64,000 nt of DNA from an uncultured Pseudoxanthomonas sp. (GCA_965653375.1 CBFGZY010000007.1:2614-66613); one strand, 5' to 3'. Shown: positions 23,390-35,873, numbered from the stretch's first letter. The notes: generated from the sequence alone by a model not told the origin. A program made the numbers and translations.

Positions 23390-25138
23390 TCAGCCAATCT
23401 CGCGCAACAGCTGCAAAGCTTCGTCGCGTGCACGATCGTCGCCGCCCACGGCGACTTCGTTCAACAGGTCGCGCGCAGTAGCTACGTCGCCCAGATCCAG
23501 ATAGGCGACAGCCAGTTCCAGCCGTTCGCGCCCTGCCGGGGCCGGATTAAGCGGTGCGACCGTCGCCGCGCTATCGCCGGAGTGCCACGCGGGCTTGGCC
23601 GCCGCCTGCACAGGCTTCGACGCGCGCGCGGGCACGTCTACGGCTGGCAACGGCGCGGGTTCCGTAGCTTCGTCGGCCTCTTCGCGTGCTTCGGTATCTT
23701 GCGCAGGCGGCGTGGCGTTGGGCATGGCCGCCACCAACGCAGCGCTGTCGAAAATCGGCGCGCGCGACGGCACGACCGGCGCCACCCGCTTGCGGCGTTG
23801 CGACCAGCCCCAGGCCAAGGCACCGATCAGCAGCAGGCCCAAGCCCGCCCACATCCATACCGGCACACCGCCATCGCCTTGCGATTGCGCCAGGCGCTGT
23901 TGCGCGGCAGCCAGATCGCTGTCCTTCATTGCCAACAATTGTTCCTGCTGCTGCTTCAGCTTTTCCAGCTCGGCCACTTGCGCGCGCAACTCTTGTAATT
24001 CGGTTTCGCGCGCAGCCAGATCTTCCCTGGTCTGTTGCAGTTGCTCGTTCGCCAGCATGTCGCCCTCGCCGCCGGCACTGATGCCGGACTGTGTGCCTGG
24101 TGTTGTTGCCGCACTCGCCGCGGGCGGCGCGATTTCCAGCCGCGCCTCGGCCACTTGCGGCGCGGACGAAGTGGATGCCGGTCGCTGCACCGTGTCGGCG
24201 ACTGCCGCCGGTTGTGGAATCGGCCTGCGCGCCTGTCGCCATTCGGCGATCTGACTGCGCACCAGCGCCGCCGCCTCGGCCTCCTGCAACTGGGTTACTT
24301 CGGCCGGCTGTGGCAAACGCAATACCGCACCCTGCTTCAGCAGATTGATGTTGCCGTTGATGAAGGCTTCCGGATTGGCCCGCAGCAACGCCACCATGGC
24401 CTGATCCAGCGAATAGCCTTGCTGCGCAGCCAACGGCGCAGCGATCTGCGACAGCGTCTGACCGCGGCGTACAGGTGCCATCGCGCTACCGGCGTCGAAC
24501 GATGGCGCCGGTGCGACAGGAGCCTCTTGCGCCTGCGGAGTGGATGCAGCGGAAGGAGCCGCAGCAACCGGAGGAGGCGCTTCGGGAGCCGCGGTGGGCT
24601 CGGGCGGAAGCTCCGTCATCGCCGCTTCCGGCGTACGGACAATGAGATCGCTGGGTGCCGCCACCGGGGCATCGATGGGCGGTTGCCCCGCCGCAGCCAA
24701 CGTATTGGGCGTACTGACCAGCGCCGAGTACTCACGCACCAGGCGCCCTTGGCCCCAATCGACTTCGATCAGGAAATTGACCGCCGCCACGTCGACCGGC
24801 GTCCGGCTGGTGACGCGTATGACCGGCCGCCCTGACTCGTCCAGCGCGACCGCGAAGTCCAGTTCGTTGACCAGTCCCTGCGGACGCGGCAGCCCCACTC
24901 GTTCGAAAGTGACGGGCGAAGCCAACCGCGCGCGCAGTTGTTCCAGCTCGCCAGGTTCGTTGGAGATAACGGGGATTTCGGCCAACAACGGTTGCCCGGG
25001 CTGCGACTTGACCCGGATTTCGCCCAGGCCCAGTGCCATCGCGGCGCTGCTGCACAGCGCCAACGCCAGCCCGATCCAATATGCCGATCGATGTCTTGCC
25101 GAACCCGACACAGCCTCTCCCCGTCCTATCCCGGCCAC
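23390..25138 (-). CDS. fimV: FimV/HubP-family polar landmark protein (start uncertain)
   Basis: LGLGEI.VKS..GQPL.AEI, LysM-like G.TL..IA...ANPEAF..GNINLLK.GAVL, TM helix, C-terminal LELAVAYLDLGD..TAR.LL.EV; asd-fimV-truA synteny. Confidence 0.9.
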   Translation of the reverse strand: MAGIGRGEAVSGSARHRSAYWIGLALALCSSAAMALGLGEIRVKSQPGQPLLAEIPVISNEPGELEQLRARLASPVTFERVGLPRPQGLVNELDFAVALDESGRPVIRVTSRTPVDVAAVNFLIEVDWGQGRLVREYSALVSTPNTLAAAGQPPIDAPVAAPSDLIVRTPEAAMTELPPEPTAAPEAPPPVAAAPSAASTPQAQEAPVAPAPSFDAGSAMAPVRRGQTLSQIAAPLAAQQGYSLDQAMVALLRANPEAFINGNINLLKQGAVLRLPQPAEVTQLQEAEAAALVRSQIAEWRQARRPIPQPAAVADTVQRPASTSSAPQVAEARLEIAPPAASAATTPGTQSGISAGGEGDMLANEQLQQTREDLAARETELQELRAQVAELEKLKQQQEQLLAMKDSDLAAAQQRLAQSQGDGGVPVWMWAGLGLLLIGALAWGWSQRRKRVAPVVPSRAPIFDSAALVAAMPNATPPAQDTEAREEADEATEPAPLPAVDVPARASKPVQAAAKPAWHSGDSAATVAPLNPAPAGRERLELAVAYLDLGDVATARDLLNEVAVGGDDRARDEALQLLREIG

Positions 25139-25150
25139 GAATATAACGGC

Positions 25151-26176
<1,026 letters not shown>

Positions 26177-26265
26177 GTGGGGTGTTTTCGCGAATTAGAG
26201 ATAAGGGAACAACTGACGGAATGCGGGGCTGTGTTCGGGGAACCGACCGGCATGGCCGGGGTTCC

Positions 26266-27324
26266 CTACCGTTTGATCGCGGTTTTGCCGGTAATCGCGG
26301 TCTTGCCGGCGTTGTCGGCCGGGTTGGCTGCACGCAGCGCATCGCCATTGACGGGATTGGGTGGGTTTCCGGCAGCGGGGCCTTCGCCCAGCGCGGCGAT
26401 CAGGTTATCCACTGCCAGCGACACCATCGCACGACGAGTCGCCAGGCTGCCGCTGGCGATGTGCGGTGTCAGCACCACGTTGCGCAGCGCCAGCAGCTCA
26501 GGACGCACGGCAGGTTCGCCCTCGAACACATCCAGGCCCGCGGCAGCCAGACGGTCGCCGGCCAGCGCCTGCGCCAATGCGAGTTCGTCGATCAAGCCAC
26601 CGCGGGCGATGTTGACCAGCGTGGCGGTCGGCTTCATCTTCGCCAGCGCAGCGGCGTCGATGATGTGGTGGCTTTGCGGCGAATACGGCAGCACCAGCAG
26701 CAAGTGATCGGATTGCGCGAGCAGGCGATCCAGGTCGACATATTCGGCGCGGCAGGTTTGCTCGGTCTGCTCCGGCAGGCGGCTGCGGTTGTGATACAGC
26801 ACCCGCATGCGAAAACCCGCGGCGCGGCACGCGATGCCCTGGCCGATCCGGCCCATGCCCAGGATGCCCAGCGTGCTGCCATGCAGATCCACGCCCAGCA
26901 TCGATTCGAACGACCACTGCGTCCAGCGGCCCTCGCGCAGCCAGCGTTCGGCCTCGGTAATGCGCCGCGCGGTAGCCATCAGCAGCGCGAAACCGAAATC
27001 GGCGGTGGTTTCGGTCAGCACATCCGGCGTATTGGTCGCCACGATGCCGGCCTGCGTCAGTGCGGCGATATCGAGATTGTTGTAGCCCACCGCGACGTTG
27101 GCGATGGCGCGGAGCCGGGTGGCGCCTGCGATCTCTTCGGCACCGATGCGTTCGTTCAAGGTAGCCAATACGCCGTCCGCCTCGCGCAAGGCATCGGCGA
27201 TCTGCGCCGGGGTGTATTCCATCACCTGCGAAGGCGCGACCAGGTCGAAATGCGCGGCCAGCCGCCCGACGATATCGTCGAACAGCGGCTGCGACACCCA
27301 GACGCGGCGGCGCGGCTCAGCCAT
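26266..27324 (-). CDS. D-isomer-specific 2-hydroxyacid dehydrogenase (glyoxylate/2-ketogluconate reductase-like)
   Basis: [48 protein letters not shown]. Confidence 0.92.
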   Translation of the reverse strand: MAEPRRRVWVSQPLFDDIVGRLAAHFDLVAPSQVMEYTPAQIADALREADGVLATLNERIGAEEIAGATRLRAIANVAVGYNNLDIAALTQAGIVATNTPDVLTETTADFGFALLMATARRITEAERWLREGRWTQWSFESMLGVDLHGSTLGILGMGRIGQGIACRAAGFRMRVLYHNRSRLPEQTEQTCRAEYVDLDRLLAQSDHLLLVLPYSPQSHHIIDAAALAKMKPTATLVNIARGGLIDELALAQALAGDRLAAAGLDVFEGEPAVRPELLALRNVVLTPHIASGSLATRRAMVSLAVDNLIAALGEGPAAGNPPNPVNGDALRAANPADNAGKTAITGKTAIKR

Positions 27325-28435
27325 CGAAAGACCCGGGCTGCGTTTGGCCGGGAATCATCGGCGGGACCTCGCCCACGTCCCCGCACTGGGCACGATGGCG
27401 CAACGCCTGATCCATCAACACCAACGCCATCATCGCCTCGGCGATGGGCGTGGCGCGGATACCGACGCAAGGGTCGTGGCGGCCGGTGGTGATCACTTCC
27501 ACGGCTTCGCCCGCGACATCCACCGTGCGGCCTGGCAGGCGCAGGCTGGAGGTCGGCTTCAATGCGATGGAAGCGGTGACCTGCTGCCCGGTGGCGATAC
27601 CGCCCAGGATGCCGCCGGCGTGATTGGACAAAAAGCCTTGCGGGGTAATTTCGTCGCGGTGCTCGGTGCCCTTCTGCGCAACCGCGGCAAAACCGTCGCC
27701 GATCTCCACACCCTTGACCGCATTGATGCTCATCAGCGCCGCGGCTAGCTCGCCATCCAGCTTGCCGTAGATAGGCTCGCCCCAGCCTGCCGGCACGCCG
27801 TCGGCGACTACGTTCACACGCGCGCCGACCGAATCGCCGGACTTGCGCAGCGCGTCCATGTAGGTCTCCAGCTCTGGCACCTGCTCCGCGCAGGGCCAGA
27901 AGAACGGATTGTCCTCGACGGCATTCCAATCAAAGCCGTGCGGCACGACGTCACCCAGCTGCGATAGATATCCGCGCACCGTGACGCCATAACGCTGCGC
28001 CAGCCATTTTTTGGCAATCACGCCGGCGGCCACCCGCATGGTGGTTTCGCGGGCGGAAGAACGCCCGCCACCGCGTGGATCGCGAATGCCGTATTTCTGC
28101 CAATAGGTGTAATCGGCATGGCCTGGCCGGAACTGCTGGGCGATATTGCTGTAGTCCTTGCTACGCGCATCGGTGTTGCGGATCAGCAGCGCGATCGGCG
28201 TACCGGTGGTGCGGCCTTCGTAGACGCCGCTGAGGATTTCCACCTCGTCGGCCTCGCGGCGGGCGGAGGTGTGCCGGCTTTTACCTGTGGCACGGCGCTC
28301 CAAGTCGTGGCGGAACTCTTCCGGCGAAATCTCCAGCCCCGGCGGGCAGCCATCGACCACGCAGCCGATCGCCGGCCCATGGGATTCGCCGAAGGTGGTG
28401 ACCGACAGTAGTTTTCCGAAAGTGTTGCTGCTCAA
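27317..28435 (-). CDS. aroC: Chorismate synthase
   Basis: TTG start; [29 protein letters not shown]. Confidence 0.98.
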   Translation of the reverse strand: MSSNTFGKLLSVTTFGESHGPAIGCVVDGCPPGLEISPEEFRHDLERRATGKSRHTSARREADEVEILSGVYEGRTTGTPIALLIRNTDARSKDYSNIAQQFRPGHADYTYWQKYGIRDPRGGGRSSARETTMRVAAGVIAKKWLAQRYGVTVRGYLSQLGDVVPHGFDWNAVEDNPFFWPCAEQVPELETYMDALRKSGDSVGARVNVVADGVPAGWGEPIYGKLDGELAAALMSINAVKGVEIGDGFAAVAQKGTEHRDEITPQGFLSNHAGGILGGIATGQQVTASIALKPTSSLRLPGRTVDVAGEAVEVITTGRHDPCVGIRATPIAEAMMALVLMDQALRHRAQCGDVGEVPPMIPGQTQPGSFDG

Positions 28436-28448
28436 AATCGCTTCTCGC

Positions 28449-28517
28449 GTAGAGCGGAGCTTGCTCCGCTGCTCCGGTGTAACCCAGAGAGGACTCGCCG
28501 AGCAAGCTCGGCACTAT
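28449..28517. repeat. GTAG-type REP doublet
   Basis: GTAGAGCGGAGCTTGCTCCGCTGC (28449-28472) and an inverted copy ATAGTGCCGAGCTTGCTCGGC (28497-28517, minus strand). Confidence 0.88.
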
Positions 28518-28551
28518 CGGACGGAAAAACCGCCCGACCGGGTACCGCGCT

Positions 28552-29481
28552 TCATTTTCGCGCGTCGGCCAGCTCGCGGATGCGGGCGTTGTGGTGGATC
28601 AGCTCGGCGCATTCCACCGCGAAAATGCCCATCTGGCCCACCTTGAACTCGATCCAGGCGAACTCGACGTCGGGCAGCAGCTTGACCAGGGCGCGTTCGG
28701 ATTCGCCCACTTCGCAGATCAGCAGGCCTTCCTGGCTCAGGTGCAGCGGCGCATCGCGCAGGATCTTCAGCACCAGATCCAGGCCGTCGTCGCCGGCACG
28801 CAGACCCAGGTCGGGCTCGAAGGAGTATTCCTTCGGCAGCGCGTCGGTTTCGGCGTTGGTGACATACGGCGGATTGGTGACGATCAATTCGTAATGCTTG
28901 CCGGTCAAGCCGGAGAACAGATCGGACTTGATCAGCTGCACGTTGTCGGCGTGCAGGCGCGCCTTGTTTTCAGCCGCGAGCGCCAGCGCATCGTCACTGA
29001 GGTCTGCGCCGTCGACCTGCCAATCGGGGTTGTAGTGGCCCATGGCGATGGCGATGCAGCCCGAACCGGTACACAGGTCCAGCGCATGGTTCACCTCACG
29101 ACCGCCCAGCCATGGCTCGAAACCGGCTTCGATCAGCTCGGCGATCGGTGAGCGCGGCACCAGGGCACGCGAGTCGCTTTTGAAGCTCAAACCCGCGAAC
29201 CAGGCTTCGCCAGTCAGATAGGCCACGGGTACACGTTCGTCGACGCGGCGCTGGAACAGGGCCAGCACCTGCGCTTTTTCCGATGCCGTCACCCGTGCCT
29301 GGCCGTAGGCCGGGCCGATATCCGGCGGCAAGTGCAACGTATGCAGCACCAGATGCGTGGATTCGTCCAAAGCGTTGTCGTAGCTGTGCCCGAAGGTCAG
29401 TCCTGCGGCGTTGAAACGGCTGGCGCCGTAGCGGATCAGATCGATGATGGTGTGCAGTTCTGCGGCTGCTTCGGCAGTCAT
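28552..29481 (-). CDS. prmB: 50S ribosomal protein L3 N(5)-glutamine methyltransferase
   Basis: Start MTAEA; FGHSYDNA.DE, LVPRSPIAELI, LDLCTGSGCIA, NPPY; adjacent to aroC. Confidence 0.96.
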   Translation of the reverse strand: MTAEAAAELHTIIDLIRYGASRFNAAGLTFGHSYDNALDESTHLVLHTLHLPPDIGPAYGQARVTASEKAQVLALFQRRVDERVPVAYLTGEAWFAGLSFKSDSRALVPRSPIAELIEAGFEPWLGGREVNHALDLCTGSGCIAIAMGHYNPDWQVDGADLSDDALALAAENKARLHADNVQLIKSDLFSGLTGKHYELIVTNPPYVTNAETDALPKEYSFEPDLGLRAGDDGLDLVLKILRDAPLHLSQEGLLICEVGESERALVKLLPDVEFAWIEFKVGQMGIFAVECAELIHHNARIRELADARK

Positions 29482-29662
29482 GGCAAGGCTTCGGGGAGCG
29501 GCCCGTCGTTGGGGCACCCGATTATAGGGTGTGTCGCCGTGTTCGGAGCAGGCCGCGCCAGATATGACGACACGCCCTAGGTACTGGCCGGTATCATGGC
29601 GGGGTTGCCGCTTTTTCCGCCCGTAGATCGGGCCGGAGTGGCCTTTTCGAGACCAATTGCCC

Positions 29663-30316
29663 ATGTTCAACAAGAAAACCGGCCTGATCCTGCTAATAGC
29701 CTTGGCGGCCGGACTCGGCTTGCTCGCCGCCCAGAAGTTCTTCGGCACGGCATCGGTGTCAACACAGTGGCCGCAGACTCAGGCCGTTACCCTGTTTCCC
29801 CAGCCGCGCACGCTGCCGCCGTTCTCGCTGCGCCAATCCGACGGCACCCAGTTGGCCTCCGGTGAGTTGAATGGCCATTGGACCTTGGTGTTTCTTGGCT
29901 TCACGTTCTGTCCGGACGTCTGCCCAACCACGCTGACCGAATTGGCTCAGGCGCAAAACCAGTGGAAGTCGCTGCCCGACTCCACCCGGCCGCGCGTGTT
30001 GTTCGTATCGGTAGATCCGGAACGCGACACGCCGACCCGCATCGGCGAATACGCGCATGCGTTCCACCCGGATACGCTGGCGGCGACCGCCGACGTGCCT
30101 GCACTGGAGCAGTTCGCCAAATCGCTTGGCTTCGTTTTCATGAAAGTGCCCGGCGAACGCTTTGCCGAGAATCCGGAGGACTACAGCATGGATCATTCTT
30201 CGGCGATCGCTGTGTTGGACCCGCAGGGCCGGCTGACCGGTCTTATCCGTCCGCCGTTCAAGCCGCAGGCGATCGCCGCGGATCTGCAGACGCTGACCGA
30301 GGCGGCGGCGCGATGA
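29663..30316 (+). CDS. SCO1/SenC-family copper chaperone
   Basis: N-terminal TM helix; FTFCPDVCP (CxxxC); YSMDHS His ligand. Confidence 0.93.
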   Translation: MFNKKTGLILLIALAAGLGLLAAQKFFGTASVSTQWPQTQAVTLFPQPRTLPPFSLRQSDGTQLASGELNGHWTLVFLGFTFCPDVCPTTLTELAQAQNQWKSLPDSTRPRVLFVSVDPERDTPTRIGEYAHAFHPDTLAATADVPALEQFAKSLGFVFMKVPGERFAENPEDYSMDHSSAIAVLDPQGRLTGLIRPPFKPQAIAADLQTLTEAAAR

Positions 30317-31167
30317 GGCTGGTTACTACCCTCACCTATGTGCTGCCGCACCGCTGGGCATCTTCGCTCGCGCGCCGCTTGGCGTATTCGTCTTCGCCAC
30401 GACTGAAGCAGTGGCTGATCGACACCGTCGTGCGCAAATTCGGTGTGGACCTGTCCGAAGCCGCGGAACCCGACCCCACCGCCTACCCCACTTTCAATGC
30501 GTTCTTCACCCGCGCGTTGAAAGATAGCGCGCGCGCGCCGGATCCGGACGCTAACGCGCTGCTGATGCCGGCCGATGGCCGAATCAGTCAATGCGGCCCC
30601 ATCGAAAACGGGCGCATCTTCCAGGCCAAGGGACAATCGTTTACCGCGGCCGAGCTACTGGGCGACGAACACGCCGCCGAGCCGTTCCATAACGGACTAT
30701 TCGCCACGGTGTATCTGTCACCGCGCGACTACCACCGCGTGCACATGCCGTGGAAAGGCAAGCTGCGCGAAACGGTTCACGTACCCGGACGGCTTTTCAG
30801 CGTGGGCACCGACGCCGTAGCCAGCGTTCCGCGCCTGTTCGCACGCAACGAACGCCTGGTCTGCCACTTCGACACCGACTTCGGCCCCATGGCCTCGGTG
30901 ATGGTGGGTGCGCTGCTGGTATCCGGTGTGGAGACTGTTTGGAGCGGCGTCGAGATTCCAGCTTATGGCGATGCCGTCACGGTGAAGGACTATCGTGGCG
31001 AGAATGTCGTGCTGGATCGTTTTGATGAGATGGCCCGATTCAACTACGGCTCGACGGTGATCATTTTGTTGCCGCCGGGTGTGGCGGAACTGGCGCCCGA
31101 GTTAAGTGCGGAATCGCCGGTCAGGCTTGGACAGGCGCTGGCACGGCTCCTTCCCGCCGTGCAGTAG
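30313..31167 (+). CDS. psd: Phosphatidylserine decarboxylase proenzyme
   Basis: [37 protein letters not shown], cleavage motif FNYGST. Confidence 0.95.
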   Translation: MRLVTTLTYVLPHRWASSLARRLAYSSSPRLKQWLIDTVVRKFGVDLSEAAEPDPTAYPTFNAFFTRALKDSARAPDPDANALLMPADGRISQCGPIENGRIFQAKGQSFTAAELLGDEHAAEPFHNGLFATVYLSPRDYHRVHMPWKGKLRETVHVPGRLFSVGTDAVASVPRLFARNERLVCHFDTDFGPMASVMVGALLVSGVETVWSGVEIPAYGDAVTVKDYRGENVVLDRFDEMARFNYGSTVIILLPPGVAELAPELSAESPVRLGQALARLLPAVQ

Positions 31168-31235
31168 CACGAAAATTCCGACGCGTTGCGACACGTTCAT
31201 GTCCTGGCGCCTCGTGTTTACGGAGGCGCCGCCGG

Positions 31236-32804
31236 CTACTTCTTGCAACTCTCCAACCTGATCGTCTGGCCCGGCTTTACGTTGTAGCCGGGGCCTTTGA
31301 TGCCGTTGCCGCGGGCCAGTTGTTTCAGATCGCATCGATAGCGTTGCGAGATGCGGCCCAGGGTATCGCCCTTGGCGACGCGGTATTCGCGCGCCTGTTC
31401 GGCCTTGGGTTCCGCCGGCTTCGGTTGGCCGGTCGCAACGGTGGTCGGAACGCCTTCCACCGGCGTCACATCGCCGACGGCCACGTTGCCACCCAATGAC
31501 CGGATGATCGCCTTAGCGGGATCGGCGGTTACCAGCGTGCGTGCCAGATCGGCACGCGGCCCGCTGACGCAGTAGCGGTTGTAAAGGCCTACGATCTTGG
31601 TATTGGCTTTCAACGTCGTGCCAGCGGGAATCCAGCTTTCCGCCTCATAGCGTGGATTGAGATTACGAAGCGCGCGCATGAATCCTTCGCGCGTGCCGCC
31701 GTTGCCCAGGCAGATGGTCAATTCGTAGATGGAACTATCCTTGGCCAGCTTCAGCGGCGCCGGCTGCACGGTAATCTTGGGAAATTCCAAGCCGTACTGC
31801 TTGGGGTGCAGGAACAGCCAGGCTGCGGCGATCACCATCGGCACGTAGTCGCGCGTTTCTCCCGGGAACTCGCTGTAGACCACGTCGTTCCAGAACCCCA
31901 GGCCAGGATTCTGCCGATACACGCGCGCAGCGCGTCCTTCGCCGCCGTTGTAGGCCGCCAGCGCCAATTCGATGTTGTTGTTCAACTCGCGCATGCGCTC
32001 ATTGATGTACGCCGCGCTGGCCTCGCCCGAGGCATATGGGTCGTAGCGTGTGTCAAAACCGCTGCCGTCCGGACCCAAGCCGAAACGGCGGCCGGTGGCA
32101 TACATGAACTGCATGGGCCCCGCGGCGCCTGCGCGCGAGGTCGCATGGACGCGTCCGTTGGATTCCTTGGCCATGATGCCGAACAGCAGCGCCTCGGGAA
32201 GCCGGTGGCTTTCCCAGCTGGGATACATCTCCGCCCGCATGTTCTGATAATTCTCGTAGCTGGTGATCAGCGCGCCGCGCATATCGGTCAGCCAGCGCCG
32301 GATGCCCGCCTGCACGGCCGGGTTGTACTGGACCATCTTGTCGAAGGCATGGCGCTGGTCGTTCAGCAGGGTCGCGGCGCGAGCAGCTTCCGGCACATTG
32401 CCCGCCGGAGCGATGCTGTGATCGCTGTCCTCTCCGATATCGGTGTCGGATGTTTCCTCGGACGCCGGCGATTCGGCGTCGGCGTTTTCCTTCAGCAACC
32501 GCTTGTAGGCGGTCAACAGCGTATGGACCTGGCAACCGCGCTGCTGGATGCAGGCGTCCATGATGTCTTCCATGTCTTCCAGCGCCGCATCGCTTTCGGC
32601 CGCGCCTTTGGGGTCGCTGTTGGCGATCAGGACCAAGCCGTCGCGATAACGCTTTTCTGCGGCAGCCATACGCGCATTGAGCGCCTCGATGGCGGCCTTG
32701 TCACGGGCGGAAACGCGCTGCGCCAATGCAGAGGGCGCCACCAGCAGCAACACAAGGACGGCCAGTGCAGGCCACGTACGAAAGAAAGCGTTTGGAGAAG
32801 GCAT
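31236..32804 (-). CDS. MltD-like lytic transglycosylase with a C-terminal LysM domain
   Basis: Signal peptide; SLT motifs ...KES, AAGPMQF, LALAAYNGGEG, ETRDYV; LysM YRVAKGDTL..I. Confidence 0.9.
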   Translation of the reverse strand: MPSPNAFFRTWPALAVLVLLLVAPSALAQRVSARDKAAIEALNARMAAAEKRYRDGLVLIANSDPKGAAESDAALEDMEDIMDACIQQRGCQVHTLLTAYKRLLKENADAESPASEETSDTDIGEDSDHSIAPAGNVPEAARAATLLNDQRHAFDKMVQYNPAVQAGIRRWLTDMRGALITSYENYQNMRAEMYPSWESHRLPEALLFGIMAKESNGRVHATSRAGAAGPMQFMYATGRRFGLGPDGSGFDTRYDPYASGEASAAYINERMRELNNNIELALAAYNGGEGRAARVYRQNPGLGFWNDVVYSEFPGETRDYVPMVIAAAWLFLHPKQYGLEFPKITVQPAPLKLAKDSSIYELTICLGNGGTREGFMRALRNLNPRYEAESWIPAGTTLKANTKIVGLYNRYCVSGPRADLARTLVTADPAKAIIRSLGGNVAVGDVTPVEGVPTTVATGQPKPAEPKAEQAREYRVAKGDTLGRISQRYRCDLKQLARGNGIKGPGYNVKPGQTIRLESCKK

Positions 32805-32957
32805 CAACTTCAATGTCGGCAATGTGAGGACGGAGGGTAGCCCCAGCGTCCCCAAAGGAGCAAGCCGCCGGCACAGGACAAGCCCGTGCACAGCCTGACC
32901 GCACACCGCCAGACAAGTTCAGCGGCTAGAATCTGCCGATCACTCAAGGGAAGCATC

Positions 32958-34460
32958 ATGGATCCGATTCTGCTCGGCAAAGGCATCACCGACGAAATTC
33001 CCGTGTTCCTGCAGCCGAAGTTCGGCAACCGGCACGGACTGGTGGCCGGCGCCACCGGCACCGGCAAGACGGTGACGCTGATGACGATGGCGGAAGGCTT
33101 TTCGCGCATGGGCGTGCCGGTGTTCATGGCCGACGTGAAGGGCGACGTGGCGGGGCTGGCGACGGCGGGCGACGGCAGCGAAAAGCTGCTGCAACGTGCG
33201 AAGGACATCGGCATCGCGGATTACGCACCAAGTGCCAATCCCGTCGTATTTTGGGATTTGTACGGCAAATTGGGACATCCCGTACGCACCACCGTGAGCG
33301 AGATGGGCCCCACCCTGATCTCGCGCATTCTGGAGCTGAACGACACGCAGTCGGGCGTGCTGGATATCGTATTCAAGCTGGCTGACGATCGCGGCCTGTT
33401 GCTGCTGGATCTGGAAGACCTGCGCGCGCTGCTGAACCTGGTGGCGGCCGAGCGCAAGGACATCTCCACCAGCTATGGCTTGGTCAGCGCGCAGTCGGTA
33501 GGCGCCATCCAGCGTGCGCTGTTGCGCCTGTCGCAGGAAGGCGGGGAAGCCTTCTTCGGCGAACCGGCATTGGAACTGGCCGACCTGATGCGCACGACCA
33601 CCGATGGCCGCGGCGTCATCGGTATCCTCGCCGCCGATCAACTGATCCTCAAGCCGCGCCTGTATTCCAGTTTTCTGCTGTGGTTGCTGTCGGAGTTGTT
33701 CGAAACCCTGCCGGAAGTAGGCGACCTGGACAAGCCGAAGCTGGTATTCGTCTTCGATGAAGCGCATTTGTTGTTCGACGATGCGCCCCCGTCGTTGCAA
33801 CAGCGCATCGAGCAAGTGGTTCGCCTGATCCGCTCCAAGGGCGTTGGCGTGTATTTCTGTTCGCAATTCCCCGACGACGTGCCGTCCAACATCCTGGGCC
33901 AGTTGGGTAACCGGGTGCAGCATGCACTGCGCGCTTTCACGCCACGCGACCAGAAGGCGGTGAAGACGGCGGCGGAAACCTTCGTGCCCAATCCCAAGCT
34001 GGACGTGGCGAAGGCCATTTCGCAGCTGGGCACCGGCGAAGCGCTGGTGTCGACCCTGCAGGAAAAAGGCATTCCCGCGCCGGTGCAACAGACGATGGTG
34101 TCGCCGCCACGCTGCCGGATGGGCGCCATCACCGAAGCCGAACGCGCCCAGGTGCGTGCCGGCAGTGTGGTGGGCATGAAATACGACACGGCGGTCGATC
34201 GTGAATCGGCATCGGAGATGCTGGCCAAGCGTGCCGACAGCACTTTGCAGGCAGCGGGTGCTCCGGCGGCGAAGACGGAACAGGACGATCCGGACGCGGG
34301 TGGCTTCGGCCAAACGGTAAAAGATGCGGTGTTCGGCACCAAGCGCCGCCAGGGCATCGTGGAAACCATGGCCAAGCAAACTGCCCGTACCGTCGGCAAC
34401 CAACTGGGCCGCCAGATCCTGCGCGGCATCCTGGGCAGCATTTTCGGTGGCAAGCGCTAA
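32958..34460 (+). CDS. DUF853/YjgR-family HerA-like P-loop ATPase
   Basis: NRHGLVAGATGTGKT Walker A, FVFDEAH Walker B, IRSKGVGVYFCSQ, LGNRVQHALRAF. Confidence 0.9.
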   Translation: MDPILLGKGITDEIPVFLQPKFGNRHGLVAGATGTGKTVTLMTMAEGFSRMGVPVFMADVKGDVAGLATAGDGSEKLLQRAKDIGIADYAPSANPVVFWDLYGKLGHPVRTTVSEMGPTLISRILELNDTQSGVLDIVFKLADDRGLLLLDLEDLRALLNLVAAERKDISTSYGLVSAQSVGAIQRALLRLSQEGGEAFFGEPALELADLMRTTTDGRGVIGILAADQLILKPRLYSSFLLWLLSELFETLPEVGDLDKPKLVFVFDEAHLLFDDAPPSLQQRIEQVVRLIRSKGVGVYFCSQFPDDVPSNILGQLGNRVQHALRAFTPRDQKAVKTAAETFVPNPKLDVAKAISQLGTGEALVSTLQEKGIPAPVQQTMVSPPRCRMGAITEAERAQVRAGSVVGMKYDTAVDRESASEMLAKRADSTLQAAGAPAAKTEQDDPDAGGFGQTVKDAVFGTKRRQGIVETMAKQTARTVGNQLGRQILRGILGSIFGGKR

Positions 34461-34475
34461 CGGCGATGCTTGGTT

Positions 34476-34544
34476 GGATGGGTCGAGCGCAGCTAAACCC
34501 ACCGATGTGTACAAGCGTTGGGGGTCGGTGCGCTCGACCCATCC
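34476..34544. repeat. REP-like inverted pair (second family)
   Basis: Perfect 16-bp inverted repeat GGATGGGTCGAGCGCA (34476-34491) / TGCGCTCGACCCATCC (34529-34544). Confidence 0.85.
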
Positions 34545-34580
34545 TCCCGCCCTTTTACATTTATCTTTAACCTTCGCACC

Positions 34581-35096
34581 ATGTCCCGCTGGCGTCCTCC
34601 CGCAGAAAAAAGCACCGCGCTGATCACCCGCGAGGGTCACGAGCGCCTGAAAGCCGAGCTGGACGAACTGTGGCGGATCAAACGCCCGGAAGTGGTCAAG
34701 GCGCTCGCCGCCGCCGCCGCCGAGGGAGACCGCTCCGAGAACGCCGAATACACCTACCGCAAGAAACAGCTCGGTGAAATCGACCGCCGCGTGCGTTACC
34801 TGAGCAAACGCCTGGAAATCCTGCGCGTGGTGGACACGCCGCCTACCGACCGGGAAGCCGTGTACTTCGGTGCACGCGTGGAATTGGAAAATGCCGCCAC
34901 CGGTGAGATGTCGCTCTACCGCATCGTCGGACCGGATGAGACGGATGCGGCGCGGGGCTATATCAGCATCGACTCCCCGCTGGCGCGTGCACTGCTCAAG
35001 AAGCGATTGGACGACGAAGTGGAAGCGCATCTCCCCGCCGGTATCACGCGCCTGGTGATCGTCGACGTCGGCTACGAAAGCGCAGCCGACAGCTAG
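34581..35096 (+). CDS. greB: Transcription elongation factor GreB
   Basis: LITREG...L..EL..LW...RPEV.......[22 protein letters not shown]; [11 protein letters not shown]. Confidence 0.96.
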   Translation: MSRWRPPAEKSTALITREGHERLKAELDELWRIKRPEVVKALAAAAAEGDRSENAEYTYRKKQLGEIDRRVRYLSKRLEILRVVDTPPTDREAVYFGARVELENAATGEMSLYRIVGPDETDAARGYISIDSPLARALLKKRLDDEVEAHLPAGITRLVIVDVGYESAADS

Positions 35097-35213
35097 GCCA
35101 TTTCACAATCTGGGCGCTGCAGGCCGTCAGCTTTCATGCTGCGGATGCGGCAATACTCGGATATCCGCGTCGATCGTCCTACACTGTGTTTTTCACCGCT
35201 ACGGATGATCGCC

Positions 35214-35873
35214 ATGGGTCACTGGATTTCGCTCGATACTCCTCGCGGGCCTATTTCTGCCTGGAAAGCCGAACCCGCTGGCCGGCCTCGCGCCGGGTTG
35301 GTCGTGGTCCAGGAAATATTCGGCGTCAACGCGCATATCCGCAGTGTCGCCGAGAGCTTCGCGGCCGAAGGCTACGCGGTTGTCGCGCCGGCTTATTTCG
35401 ACCTTATCGAAGCAGGCGTGGAGCTGGATTATGACGATGCGGGCATCGCCAGGGGCCGCGAACTGATTGCGCAGTTGGGATTGGAAGCCGCCCAAGAAAT
35501 CACTGGCGCCGCGGCCGATACGCTGAAAGGCCTGGGCAAGGTCGGCACGGTCGGATATTGCTGGGGCGGCACCGTCGCGTTGCTGGCCGCACTGCGCCTG
35601 GGACTGCCATCGGTCAGCTATTACGGCGCCCGCAATGGGCCATTTCTGTCCGAGAAACCCAAGGCGCCGGTGATGTTCCATTTCGGCGAGCGCGACGCGT
35701 CCATTCCGCCGGAGCGCGTGCAACAGCACCGCGAGATGATGCCGCAGATGGAAACCTTCACTTATCCGGCCGGCCATGGTTTCAACTGCGACGTCCGCGC
35801 CGATTACGACGCCGCCAGTGCGAGGCTTGCGCGCGAACGCACTTTGCGTTTCTTCGCTGAGCATCTGGCATGA
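35214..35873 (+). CDS. Dienelactone hydrolase-family protein
   Basis: VVQEIFGVN.HIR, nucleophile GYCWGG, ERD, HGF.C. Confidence 0.93.
   Translation: MGHWISLDTPRGPISAWKAEPAGRPRAGLVVVQEIFGVNAHIRSVAESFAAEGYAVVAPAYFDLIEAGVELDYDDAGIARGRELIAQLGLEAAQEITGAAADTLKGLGKVGTVGYCWGGTVALLAALRLGLPSVSYYGARNGPFLSEKPKAPVMFHFGERDASIPPERVQQHREMMPQMETFTYPAGHGFNCDVRADYDAASARLARERTLRFFAEHLA

Noticed and set aside
26275-26310. 18-bp tandem duplication giving [12 protein letters not shown] at the dehydrogenase C-terminus
   Set aside because: Real (15/18 identical) but located in a non-conserved tail; there is no reason to assign it a function.
32940-35030. 696-aa minus-strand ORF spanning DUF853 and greB
   Set aside because: Antisense shadow of two conserved genes; it crosses an intergenic repeat and has no recognisable domain.
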